NCBI GenBank assembly: GCA_965203055.1
Contig: OZ241863.1
Coordinates: forward strand, 2,720,001 to 2,784,000
Direction: 5' to 3'
Source of the DNA: Spirochaetia bacterium
Lineage (GTDB): Bacteria; Spirochaetota; Spirochaetia; SZUA-6; Bin103
DNA length: 64,000 bases
Notes under the pieces: generated by a model
Told to the model about the DNA's origin: nothing
The model's database searches: none
The model's input: only the letters and a program-made list of their open reading frames with translations
Translations under genes and position numbers: made by a program
In this document: positions 30,158 to 39,648 of the stretch, piece by piece
How the letters are laid out: each line of letters starts with the position of its first letter
Position numbering within the stretch: position 1 is the stretch's first letter

Positions 30158-31951
30158 TCAGGAGGCGCCGAGGGCGAGCAATTCGTTCAGGCGCGAGGCG
30201 GGATCGTCCAGCAGCGCCTGGCGGGGTCCGTACTCCGCCATTCCGCCGCGCTCCAGGATCAGTACGTCATCCACCTTCTCGACCGACCGCAGGCGGTGGG
30301 CGATCACCACCCCGGTACGGCCTGCCAGCAGTGTCTTGAGAGCGTGTTCCACGTCGCGCTCGGTGGCCGGATCGAGGCGCGCCGCGGCCTCGTCCAGAAC
30401 CACGATCGCCGGGTCGCGCAGGAATGCCCGCGCCACCGCCAAGCGCTGCGCTTCGCCCGCGGACAGGGCGAGTTGCGCGCTGCTGATGACCGTATCCAGG
30501 CCCTCCGGTTGCCGCGCCAGCCACGGCGCCATGCCGAGCCGGTCGCAGGCCTGCAGCAGGCGGCCGTCGCCGACCGCGGGGTCGAACAGACTCAGGTTGT
30601 CGCGGATGGTGCCGCGGAAGAACTGGACGTCCTGGGTCACCACGGCGATGCCCGCGCGCAGGGCCGACAGCCGGAATTCGCGCAGATCGACCCCGTTCAG
30701 CGTCACGCGGCCGGCGGTGGGATCGTACAGCCGCGCCAGCAGCCGGGTCACGGTGGTCTTGCCGCTGCCGGTGCGGCCGAGGATGCCCAGGACGCGGCCC
30801 GCCTCGATGCTGAACGAAAGATCGCGCAGCGCTTCCGCGGCTGCTTCCGCCGCGCCGTTCCCGGCCGCGGCCTCCCGCCCGCCGGCCCCGGCCGACGCGC
30901 CGGCAGGATAGCGGAAGCTCACCTGGTGGAAGGCGACTCCCACCGGGCGCGCGGGAAGCCGGCCGCGGGCGCCGTCCGCCAGCGAGCTGCGGTGGGCGAA
31001 CAGGCGCTGGATGCGCACCAGGTTGCCGCCCGCCTTCTGCAGCTCCTCCATCTGATGCGCCAGATCCTCGAACGGCCAGAACATCAGGTTGAGGTAGCTG
31101 AACAGCAGATACACGGTGCCGATGGTCATCTCCCCGCGCAGCGCCAGCGCGCCGCCCCAGGCCAGCATCAGTCCGGTGCCGATCCCCATCGCCACGTTCA
31201 CCGCCGGCCACACCAGGGCGCCCAGGCTGAAGGCGCGCTTGGCGCGCTCCACCTGAACGGCCACCAGCTCAGTCATCCGGCGCAGCGCGGGCACCAGGCC
31301 GCCGAGCGCCTTGAGGTCTTCGAGCCCGGCCAGACGCTCCTCCACGAAGCCGTGCAGGTGCGCCGCCGCGGCGCGCAACCGCTCGTGGTAGGGCACGCCG
31401 AAGCTGCGCAGCTTGACCAGGATCAAGGTCACCGCGGCCGCGAACCCCAGCAGCGCCAGGCACAGCCGCCAATCCTCGAGCAGCAGCGCGATCAAGATGC
31501 CCGCCAGCAGCAGAATCCCGCGCAGCAGACGCAGCGAGAGCTGGGAGAAGAAGGTGGCGAGCTGATTGCTGTCGCCGTCGATCCGCTCCAGCATCACCCC
31601 CGGCGTATGGCGATTGACGAAGCTCAGATCGAGCCCGACGGTGTGGCGCAGCAGGTCGGTGCGCAGCCGATTGGTGGCGCTCCAGGCGACGCTCTCGCCG
31701 AAGTACGCGATGAGGCCGCGGCTGAGCTGCCGCCCCGCGGCCACCGCCAGGAACAGCGCCGCCGCCCGCGCCAACGCCGGCGCCGCGCTGCCGGCCGCTA
31801 CCCCGTCGATGAAGCCGCGCAGCACTTGCGGCGCGTACACGCTGGTCACGGTATGCGCCAGCAGCATCGTCCCGAGCAGCGCGACCTGCGCCCGGCAGTG
31901 CGCCAGGTAACGGGTAAGAAATCGCCGGTAGAGGGCAAACGTCGGCTTCAC
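30158..31951 (-). CDS. Fused TMD-NBD ABC half-transporter (LSAGE signature)
   Basis: [35 protein letters not shown] start inferred at 31951. Confidence 0.9.
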   Translation of the reverse strand: MKPTFALYRRFLTRYLAHCRAQVALLGTMLLAHTVTSVYAPQVLRGFIDGVAAGSAAPALARAAALFLAVAAGRQLSRGLIAYFGESVAWSATNRLRTDLLRHTVGLDLSFVNRHTPGVMLERIDGDSNQLATFFSQLSLRLLRGILLLAGILIALLLEDWRLCLALLGFAAAVTLILVKLRSFGVPYHERLRAAAAHLHGFVEERLAGLEDLKALGGLVPALRRMTELVAVQVERAKRAFSLGALVWPAVNVAMGIGTGLMLAWGGALALRGEMTIGTVYLLFSYLNLMFWPFEDLAHQMEELQKAGGNLVRIQRLFAHRSSLADGARGRLPARPVGVAFHQVSFRYPAGASAGAGGREAAAGNGAAEAAAEALRDLSFSIEAGRVLGILGRTGSGKTTVTRLLARLYDPTAGRVTLNGVDLREFRLSALRAGIAVVTQDVQFFRGTIRDNLSLFDPAVGDGRLLQACDRLGMAPWLARQPEGLDTVISSAQLALSAGEAQRLAVARAFLRDPAIVVLDEAAARLDPATERDVEHALKTLLAGRTGVVIAHRLRSVEKVDDVLILERGGMAEYGPRQALLDDPASRLNELLALGAS

Positions 31952-31962
31952 GCCGTGCGTCG

Positions 31963-33729
31963 TCAGCGACGGTCGCCGTCCGGGCCGCCGTCCCAGATGC
32001 GGCGCAGCTCCGCGGACTCGGCCAGCAACTCGTCCAACGCGCCAACCGCGGCTACGCGGCCGCGGCTCAGCAGCACGACCCGGTCGGCGTGGCGCAACAC
32101 GCGCCGGCGATGCGACACCACCAGGCAGGTGGGGCGAACGGCGCGCACCCGGCCCAGCACCCGATCCCACAGCAGCCGCTCGGTCTTCACGTCCAGCGCG
32201 CTCGACAGGTCGTCGATCACCAGGAGCTCTGCCCCCTGCGCCAGCATGCGCGCGGCCGCCACCCGCTGCGCCTGACCGCCGGAGAGGCGCAGCCCGCGCG
32301 CGCCGACCCGGGTCCGCAGCCCCTCCGCCATGGCCGCCAGATCCGGCTCCAGCACCGCGTCGCGCACCGCCGCGGCCAGCGCCGCGTCAGCCAGCGGGGC
32401 GCCCAGCGAGATGTTGTCTTCCACCGTGGTGCTGAACAGCTTGGGCGTCTGCGGGGTATAGGATGCGCGCGGCGGCACCATGAACCGGTCGGGATGGGCG
32501 ACCGCGGCGCCGTTCCAGCGCAACTCTCCGGCCTGGCGCGGCAGCAACCCCAGCAGCACCTTGAGCAGCGTGGTCTTGCCGGCGCCGATGCGGCCCGTGA
32601 TCACGGTGAACGACCCGCGCTCCACGGTCAGATCGATATCCCTGATGCCGGCGCCGCCGGCCGGATGCAGATAGGTGACCCCGCGCAGCTCCAGGCGTTG
32701 CAACGGGCCGGCGCGGCCCGCCTCGCTCTCCCGCTCGGCGGCCGCTACGGCGTCGCGGCAGGTCAGCTCGGCGGCGGCGCCGCCGCCGGCGGCGGCCGGC
32801 ATGGCGTCGCGCAGGCGGGCGAGCGACACTTTGGCGCGCCGGACGTTGACCAGCATGCCCATCATCCACTGCGCGTAGTCCGCCACCTGGTCCAGGTAGG
32901 TCACGAACAGCACGAACTCGCCCACCGTGAAGCCGCGGTCTCCCGTGAAGCTCAGGTAGAACAGCAGCAGCGAGGTGCACGCCACCGCGGTGCCGTCGGA
33001 CACTCCTTCCAACACCTGCGCCAGCACCTTCTCGCGCAGCGCCGCGCGCCGGCGCCGCCGATTCAACCGCTCCAGCCGGCGCGCGGCGCCGTCGATGCTC
33101 GGCGCCAGCTTGAAGGTCGCGAACGCGCCGAACACCTCGCCGATGAATTCCGCCACCTCGGCGCCGGCGTTGCGCGCGGCGCGGCGCAGCGCGGTGACGC
33201 GCGTCTTGACCGCCTGCGCCGCCAGCGCCGACAGGACGATCGGCACGGTCACGATGCAGGTGAGCAACCAGTCGATGGCCGCCATGATGGCTATCGCGCC
33301 AACCGCGAAGCCGACCACGCCCACGCCGTCGATCGCCTCTTCCAGCGGGAGGCAACCCTCCTCCACGTCGTCGCGCACCCGGCTGACCGTCTCGCTGGAG
33401 CTGCGCGGCGTCGCCAGCGCGGCCGGGCCGGCGGCGATCAGGCGCAGCAGATTGAGCCGCACCAGCCCGGTCGCGCGCGTCCAGAGGCCGCCCCACAACC
33501 ACTCCGCGCCCACCCCGACCAGCGCCCGCGTGACGCCGATCGCGGCCAGCAGCGCCAGGATCGACCACGGCGTGATCGCCAGCGGCGCGTCGCCGGCCAG
33601 TCCGTCGTAGTACACCTTGGTCACGTAGCCGGGCAGCAGCGGCGCCATGTGGGACAGGCTCCACAGGCACAGGTTGGCCAGGAACAGGCCGGGCCGATAG
33701 CTCACCAGTCCGCGCGTAAACCGCCCCAT
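31963..33729 (-). CDS. Fused TMD-NBD ABC half-transporter (non-canonical Walker B, IDD)
   Basis: GRIGAGKTT, LSGGQAQR, LVIDDLSS; start 33729 or 33783. Confidence 0.9.
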   Translation of the reverse strand: MGRFTRGLVSYRPGLFLANLCLWSLSHMAPLLPGYVTKVYYDGLAGDAPLAITPWSILALLAAIGVTRALVGVGAEWLWGGLWTRATGLVRLNLLRLIAAGPAALATPRSSSETVSRVRDDVEEGCLPLEEAIDGVGVVGFAVGAIAIMAAIDWLLTCIVTVPIVLSALAAQAVKTRVTALRRAARNAGAEVAEFIGEVFGAFATFKLAPSIDGAARRLERLNRRRRRAALREKVLAQVLEGVSDGTAVACTSLLLFYLSFTGDRGFTVGEFVLFVTYLDQVADYAQWMMGMLVNVRRAKVSLARLRDAMPAAAGGGAAAELTCRDAVAAAERESEAGRAGPLQRLELRGVTYLHPAGGAGIRDIDLTVERGSFTVITGRIGAGKTTLLKVLLGLLPRQAGELRWNGAAVAHPDRFMVPPRASYTPQTPKLFSTTVEDNISLGAPLADAALAAAVRDAVLEPDLAAMAEGLRTRVGARGLRLSGGQAQRVAAARMLAQGAELLVIDDLSSALDVKTERLLWDRVLGRVRAVRPTCLVVSHRRRVLRHADRVVLLSRGRVAAVGALDELLAESAELRRIWDGGPDGDRR

Positions 33730-33954
33730 GCCGCCGCGCTTCCGGGCCGTTCCGGTCGCACGTGGTTGCCGAAGTTGCGTCACGTCGATTGCTCAGCCCG
33801 CCGGGGAGGGGCGGCAAAGCGGCCAAGCCGCCGGGCGCGCCGCCCACCCCGCCGGGCGAAAGCGGAAGCTATAGCACGCGCACCTTGCCTTGCATACCCC
33901 TGTTGGCGCGGGCAATTGACAACCGGGCGCGGCGGCGCCACCCTCGCGTTCGGG

Positions 33955-35817
33955 ATGACGATGGCACGACACGGGGGCCGCGCCGGCGCGGCGCGGCGCT
34001 GGCTGCGGCGGGCGGCGGCCGGCGGCCTGCTGGCCGTTGCGGCCGCGGGCGCCAGCGCGGAGCCTCACTCGGTGGCGCGGCGCTGGAACGAGGCGCTGCT
34101 GGAGGCGACCCGCAACGACTTTGCGCGGCCTCCGATTCACGCGCGCAACCTGTTCCACGTGTCCGCGGCGATGTGGGACGCGTGGGCGGTCTACGACGAC
34201 ACCGCCGAGCCGCTCTTCCTCGACGAGCGCCTGCAGGCCGATGACGTGCAGGCGGCGCGCCGTGAGGCGATCAGCTACGCCGCCTACCGCGTGCTCTACC
34301 GCCGCTACCAGATCTCGCCCGGCGCCTACGTCTCGCTGCCGAGCTTCGACGACCTCCTGACCGAGCTCGGCTACGACTACCGGGTCACCGAGCGGGAGGG
34401 GAACAGTCCGGCGGCGGTCGGCAACCGCATCGCCAAGCTGATCCTCGACCGCGGCTACGACGACGGCGCCGACGAGCTGGGTTCCTACGCCTTCGAGTTC
34501 GACTACCGGGCGGCCAACCCGCCGCTGGTGGTGGCCCACTCCGGCGCCGGCGAGCTGGCCGACCCCAACCGCTGGCAGCCGCTGTCGCTGCGCCTGTTCG
34601 TGGACCAGGCGGGGCGGGTGCAGCCGGGCCGCGTGCAACGCTTCATCGGCTCCCACTGGGGATCGGTAACGTCGTTCGCCCTGCCCGGCAGCGGCATGGC
34701 GGCCGGCGACGGCGTGTTCCACGATCCCGGGCCGCCGCCCTTCCTCGGCGGGGAACGCGCCGCGGAATACCGCACCGGCTTCGCCGAAGTGCTGCGCTAC
34801 GCCGCCGTCCTGGATCCCGACGACGGGGTGTCGATCGACATTTCGCCGCGCTCGCGCGGCGGCAACAGCCTGGGCGCCAACGACGGCCGCGGCTACGCCG
34901 TGAACCCCGTTACCGGGCAGCCCTACGAGCCCAACGTCGTGAAGCGCGGCGACTGGGCGCGGGTGATCGCGGAGTTCTGGGCCGACGGCCCCGACTCGGA
35001 GACGCCGCCGGGCCACTGGAACAGCCTGGCCAACTACGTGACCGACCACCCGCTGCTGGAGCGGCGCCTGCTCGGCGAGGGGCCGCTGCTCGATCCGCTG
35101 GAGTGGGACGTCAAGCTCTACCTGGCGCTCAACGGCGCCGTGCATGACGCCGCGGTCTGCGCCTGGGGTCTGAAGGGACACTACGACTACGTGCGGCCGA
35201 TCACCGCCATCCGCCACATGGCGGGACTGGGACAATCTTCCGACCCGGAGCTGCCCTCCTGGCATCCCGACGGCCTGCCGCTGGAACCGGGGTTGGCGGA
35301 ACTGATCACCGCGGCCAGCGCCGCGCCCGGCGCGCGCCACGCCCATCTGGCCGAGCACGTGGGACAGATCGCCGTCTACTCCTGGCTGGGCAAGCCGGAG
35401 GAACTCACCGACTACAGCGGCGTCGGCTGGCTGCTGGGCGTCGACTGGGTGCCCTATCAGCGCGACACCTTCGTCACCCCGCCATTCGCCGGCTACGTCT
35501 CCGGCCACAGCACCTTCAGCCGCGCCGCGGCGGAGGTGCTGGCGCTGTTCACCGGCAGCGAGTACTTTCCCGGCGGCCTGGGGGAGTTCGCGGCCCCGGC
35601 GCACGACTTCCTGGCGTTCGAGTCCGGGCCCAGCGAGACCCTCACGCTGCAGTGGGCGACCTACTACGACGCCTCCGACGAGGCCGGCATCTCGCGCCTC
35701 TACGGCGGCATCCACCCGCGCATGGACGACCTGCCGGGCCGCCGCATCGGCTCCCGGATCGGGCGCGACGCGTTCGCGCGCGCGCTCACCTACTTCGACG
35801 GCAGCGCCGGAAGCTGA
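33955..35817 (+). CDS. Secreted vanadium-dependent haloperoxidase-like protein (PAP2 superfamily)
   Basis: Signal peptide ending AGASA; WGLKGHYDYVRP, TPPFAGYVSGHSTF, SRLYGGIH vanadate/phosphate-binding motifs; TTGACA at 33916. Confidence 0.85.
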   Translation: MTMARHGGRAGAARRWLRRAAAGGLLAVAAAGASAEPHSVARRWNEALLEATRNDFARPPIHARNLFHVSAAMWDAWAVYDDTAEPLFLDERLQADDVQAARREAISYAAYRVLYRRYQISPGAYVSLPSFDDLLTELGYDYRVTEREGNSPAAVGNRIAKLILDRGYDDGADELGSYAFEFDYRAANPPLVVAHSGAGELADPNRWQPLSLRLFVDQAGRVQPGRVQRFIGSHWGSVTSFALPGSGMAAGDGVFHDPGPPPFLGGERAAEYRTGFAEVLRYAAVLDPDDGVSIDISPRSRGGNSLGANDGRGYAVNPVTGQPYEPNVVKRGDWARVIAEFWADGPDSETPPGHWNSLANYVTDHPLLERRLLGEGPLLDPLEWDVKLYLALNGAVHDAAVCAWGLKGHYDYVRPITAIRHMAGLGQSSDPELPSWHPDGLPLEPGLAELITAASAAPGARHAHLAEHVGQIAVYSWLGKPEELTDYSGVGWLLGVDWVPYQRDTFVTPPFAGYVSGHSTFSRAAAEVLALFTGSEYFPGGLGEFAAPAHDFLAFESGPSETLTLQWATYYDASDEAGISRLYGGIHPRMDDLPGRRIGSRIGRDAFARALTYFDGSAGS

Positions 35818-35858
35818 CCCCCGCGCCGGCCGCTGCCGGCCTGCCTGACTACTCCTGA

Positions 35859-36686
35859 CTACTCCGGATGAACCTTGAACTCGGTGTAGTCCCGCTCCAA
35901 CTGTTCGGCGTTGGGATCGATGACCGGACCGGCGTCGTCCTGCGGCTCGTAGCCCAGCACCGCGCGCGCCTTGTCGAGCGAGAAGATCTTCCAGTAGTTG
36001 TCCGAGGTGGCGAATACCACCGTGTAGCCCACCGCCGCGGGAGCGTCGATGGCGCGGAGATGGATCTGGGCGGTGTCGCGGTGGCTCAGCCACAGGGCCA
36101 GCGCGGAGCCGCCGAAGGCGGGCCGGTCGTTGGACAGGGTGAACCCGATCCGCACCGCTATCGTCGAGAGGCCGCGGGTGTCGTAGTAGTAGCGGCCCAT
36201 CGCTTCGCCGTAGGCCTTCGACATGCCGTAGTAGCCGGACGGGCGGATCGGCGCGGTCTCGTCCAGCAGCGGATAGGGGCGCCGCACGCGCTCGAACTCG
36301 CCGGCGAAGATGTGGCAGTAGGGCGGATCGCGGTAGAAACCGCCCACGGTGTGCTGCGAGCTGCCGAATACGATGCGCCGCACGCCGCAGCGCAACGCCG
36401 CCTGATACACGTGGTAGAGGCCCCGGATGTTGTAGCTGACGGTGGAGTCGAACGGCGCCTTCATGCTGCGGTCGGCGGCCAGGTGCACCACCACGTCCTG
36501 ATTCGCGAACGCCGGCAGCAGCGAATCGAAGTCGGCGATGTTGCCGCGAAAGTCGTGCGCCGCGTCGAGTCCCGGCGTGCCGTAGCGCGACAACGCCGAC
36601 AACTCGTAGCGCTCCGCCAGTTGGCGCTGCATCGCCTGCCCCACCACCCCGCTCAGTCCGGTTACCAATACCCGCGTCTTCGCCAC
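35859..36686 (-). CDS. NAD(P)-dependent epimerase/dehydrogenase (uronate dehydrogenase-like SDR)
   Basis: VLVTGLSGVVG, VVHLAA, YGMSK (YxxxK), WLSHRD, LGYEPQD; start 36686 or 36722. Confidence 0.85.
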   Translation of the reverse strand: MAKTRVLVTGLSGVVGQAMQRQLAERYELSALSRYGTPGLDAAHDFRGNIADFDSLLPAFANQDVVVHLAADRSMKAPFDSTVSYNIRGLYHVYQAALRCGVRRIVFGSSQHTVGGFYRDPPYCHIFAGEFERVRRPYPLLDETAPIRPSGYYGMSKAYGEAMGRYYYDTRGLSTIAVRIGFTLSNDRPAFGGSALALWLSHRDTAQIHLRAIDAPAAVGYTVVFATSDNYWKIFSLDKARAVLGYEPQDDAGPVIDPNAEQLERDYTEFKVHPE

Positions 36687-36825
36687 CGCCGCCTCCTGAA
36701 CCACGCTATATTTCAGGTCCATACCAAGTATTGCCTGCCAACCAGTCCACCTGCTCGGCCTCTGACCGCTCGGTATCGGTCGCAAACAAGGACAAGTAGA
36801 GATTAGCACCCAACCCCAGTTAGCG

Positions 36826-37671
36826 TCAGTCGGACTTGCGGCGCAGCAAGGCCTCGAGTTCGGCCAGACGCGCTTCTGCGGCTTGGCGGGCGGCCGCCTC
36901 CCGGCGGCGGGCGGCGGCTTCCCGTTGGGCGCGGGTTTCGGCGGCCTGGCGGGCGGCGGCCTCCTGTTGGACGCGGGTCTCTGCGGCCTGGCGGGCGGCC
37001 GCTTCCCGGCGGCGGGCGACCGCTTCCTGCTCTGCGCGAGACTCCGCCTCCCGGCGTTGTTCGTCGGTCTCCGCCAAGTCCGGCAGCTCCTTCCCCGTCT
37101 GCGGATCGTAGAACCTCAGCCGGCGCCCTGCCACCCGCAACTCCAGTCCCAGCACCTCGCTCCGCGCCGCCAACGTCCCGTCCGCCAACCTCCACCCCGA
37201 CAGCGGCTCGTACTCTCCCTCCACCAACTCCAACCCCTGCAGCGGCGGCTCCAGGTAGTTCCGCGTCGGATCGTACTGCCAGTACTCCCCCACCCCCAGC
37301 CGGCGATACAACTCCCGCTTCCTGTCCCGATCGTCCCGCCACGTCGCCGGCGACGTGATCTCCAGCACGAAGTCCGGCGCCTTCTCCTCCTCCCACAGCC
37401 GGTACGACGCGCGTTCTTCTTTGCGATTGCGCGCCCCGAACACCACGAACACGTCCGGCGCCACCCTTGCCCGCGTCCCTTCCTCGTAGTAGATCAGCAG
37501 GTTGCCGGAGGCGAACGCCTCCGGGCGGTTGCGGAAGTAGTGCCGGAGGCAGCTCACGGCGTACGTGAGAGGTATCAGTTGCGACTCGCTTTCCGCCATC
37601 GGCTTGCCGTCCGAGCTGGGGTAGTCTATCGCTGCCGCCGGCGCCGGCGGAGCGCTGAGTGAACTTGCCAT
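36826..37671 (-). CDS. Uma2 (DUF820) family endonuclease with repetitive coiled-coil tail
   Basis: YPSSDGKPMAES, VAPDVFVV, PDFVLEITS, GVGEYWQYDP; EAAARQAAE repeats; TGcTAAGCT extended -10 and GGAGG SD upstream. Confidence 0.92.
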   Translation of the reverse strand: MASSLSAPPAPAAAIDYPSSDGKPMAESESQLIPLTYAVSCLRHYFRNRPEAFASGNLLIYYEEGTRARVAPDVFVVFGARNRKEERASYRLWEEEKAPDFVLEITSPATWRDDRDRKRELYRRLGVGEYWQYDPTRNYLEPPLQGLELVEGEYEPLSGWRLADGTLAARSEVLGLELRVAGRRLRFYDPQTGKELPDLAETDEQRREAESRAEQEAVARRREAAARQAAETRVQQEAAARQAAETRAQREAAARRREAAARQAAEARLAELEALLRRKSD

Positions 37672-37777
37672 ACGACCACGCCTCCAGACGCCGGCCAGCT
37701 TAGCACGCCGCGCGCCGGCTCGACAGCCTCGCAGTCGTTCAGGGGCGCACTTCCAATGTGTTGGTACCGGTCCCGCG

Positions 37778-37900
37778 CGTCGGCGCCGAAGCCGGCGACC
37801 GACACCGCCATCACCGCTACCGCCACGCCGGCGCCGGATTCGGCCGCCCGGCGAGGATCGTCAGGCGCCGAGCGGGCGCCTCATCCCCCCTACGCCATGA
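37778..37900 (+). pseudogene. Short remnant of the HNH gene (one linker repeat plus 3' end)
   Basis: tcggcgccgaagccggcgaccgacacc fused to ccatcaccgctaccgccacgccggcgc...aggatcgtcaggcgcc; matches 39149-39175, 39464-39557 and 9227-9289. Confidence 0.85.
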
Positions 37901-37992
37901 ACGTGACCGATAGTTGCGCAGCGCCCGAAATCTCCGGCAAGCAACGCAGACGCCGCGCCGTTGCATGGGGGCAGAGGAGAGAATGACACCGA

Positions 37993-38955
37993 ATGTCACC
38001 GCCCCTGCATCAGCCGCACGATCACCTGTTCCGCCTGGTGTTCGCCGACCCACGGGAGACCGCTGCCTTCCTCCGCGCGCGCCTGCCGGAGTCCCACCAG
38101 CGCGGCTTGCTCTGGTCCTCCCTGCGCCGCGCCCCAGGCTCCTTCATCGACCAGGAACTGCGCGACTCCGTCTCCGATCTGCTGTTCGAAGTGCGCACCG
38201 CCGCCGCCGCGCCGCGGCAGTGGCTCTACCTGCTGTTCGAACATCAGTCCCGCCCCGACCGCTGGATCACGCTCCGCCTGCTGCGCTACTGCTGCCGCAT
38301 CTGGGAGAACGACCGCCGCGCCCGCCCCAAAGCGCGGTACCTGCGCCCCGTGCTGCCGCTGGTGTTCTACCAGGGCAAGCGCCACTGGACCTACGCCATC
38401 GAACTGGCCGAGTCCTTCCCCCCGGCGCTACGCGGCCAGCCATGGGTGCCCCGCTTCCACCCCCTGCTGCTCGATCAGACCCGGATGGCGCCAGCGGCCG
38501 TGGCCGGGGAACTGCTCGGACAGTTGCTGCAACTCGCGATGATGCACACCTTCAAGCAGGCCCTGGAGGAAGCGCGGGAGCGGATCGCACCGCTGCTGGA
38601 GGCATTGCAGCGGGAGCCGGTGCGCGGCGGGGTGGATTACTACCAGGCGTTCATGTCGTATATTCTGAAGACCGGGCCGGCGGACACGCTGCAAGCGCTG
38701 GGTGAGGTGCTGCGGCGCCGGGCGCCGAAACTGAGAGGTGATCTGATGACCTGTGGCGAGATTCTGCGCCGGGAAGGCGAGTTGAAAGGCCGGCAGGAGG
38801 GCCGCCAGGAAGGCCGTCTGGAGACCATCGACGGGCTCCTGCGGGCCGGGGTCAAGTGGCCGGTGATTCAATCCGCCACCGGCATCGACGAGCACACCTA
38901 CCGCACCCTCAAACGCGACGCCGCCAACGGCACCGAGCAGACCACGCCGCGTTAA
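37993..38955 (+). CDS. Rpn family recombination-promoting nuclease (YhgA/Transposase_31), copy 1
   Basis: HQPHDHLF, SFIDQELR..SDLLF, YLLFEHQSRPD, PLVFYQG, EGRQEG repeats. Confidence 0.92.
   Translation: MSPPLHQPHDHLFRLVFADPRETAAFLRARLPESHQRGLLWSSLRRAPGSFIDQELRDSVSDLLFEVRTAAAAPRQWLYLLFEHQSRPDRWITLRLLRYCCRIWENDRRARPKARYLRPVLPLVFYQGKRHWTYAIELAESFPPALRGQPWVPRFHPLLLDQTRMAPAAVAGELLGQLLQLAMMHTFKQALEEARERIAPLLEALQREPVRGGVDYYQAFMSYILKTGPADTLQALGEVLRRRAPKLRGDLMTCGEILRREGELKGRQEGRQEGRLETIDGLLRAGVKWPVIQSATGIDEHTYRTLKRDAANGTEQTTPR
38746..38955 (+). CDS. Putative intragenic RpnS antitoxin (69 aa), copy 1
   Basis: In-frame ATG (MTCGEILRREG) preceded by SD GAGGTGAT. Confidence 0.65.
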   Translation: MTCGEILRREGELKGRQEGRQEGRLETIDGLLRAGVKWPVIQSATGIDEHTYRTLKRDAANGTEQTTPR

Positions 38956-38970
38956 CCTTCCGCCGCATGC

Positions 38971-39042
38971 GCGTCAGTCGGACATGCGGCGCAGCAACGC
39001 CTCGAGTTCGGCCAGACGCGCTTCTGCGGCTTGGCGGGCGGC
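38971..39042 (-). repeat. 72-bp copy of the Uma2 3' end
   Basis: Matches 36823-36894 with 2 mismatches. Confidence 0.9.
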
Positions 39043-39059
39043 GGCCCGCGCCGGCTAAG

Positions 39060-39557
39060 CTAAAGGCGCCGAGCAAACTTCAGCGGCGAGGGTATCGGCG
39101 CAGGCGCCGGCGCAGCCGGGAGACGAAGCCGCTGACCGCCCGGACACTTCGGCGGCGAAGCCGGCGACCGACACCACTTCGGAGCTGAAGACGCGGCGCC
39201 TCGGCCGGCAGGCTGCGGCGGGCGCAGCCGGCTGCGCCGCCGCGGACCCGGACTTCGGCAGCGAAGACGGGCGTGACCGGCCGCGCCATCCCGGCGGCGG
39301 TCAAGCGCGAGGTGTGGCGGCGTGACCGCGGCCGCTGCCGCTACGTGGACGGCGCCAGTGGGCGCCGCTGCGGCTCGCAACACCTGCTGCAGATCGATCA
39401 CGTCGTGCCGTATGCCTGCGGCGGCGCCGCCGAGCCGAACAATCTCCGCCTGCTGTGCGCCGCCCATCACCGCTACCGCCACGCCGGCGCCGGATTCGGG
39501 CGCCCCGGCGAGGATCGTCAGGCGCCGAGCGGGCGCCTCACCCCCCCTACGCCATGA
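39060..39557 (+). pseudogene. HNH gene remnant, copy 2 (shortened linker, intact HNH domain)
   Basis: Near-identical to 8690-9289; HNH ORF 39273-39557; linker repeats at 39076, 39146, 39176, 39252. Confidence 0.88.
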
Positions 39558-39648
39558 AACATGACCGATAGTTGCGCAGCGCCCGAAATCTCCGGCAAGC
39601 AACGCGGACGCCGCGCCGTTGTAGGGGCAGAGGAGAGAATGACACCGA

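Noticed and set aside
36805..36826. Integron attC-like cccaac...gttagc
   Set aside because: Far too short, no matching sites between other genes, no integrase.
36880..37055. EAAARQAAE repeats in the Uma2 tail
   Set aside because: Common coiled-coil expansion in this family.
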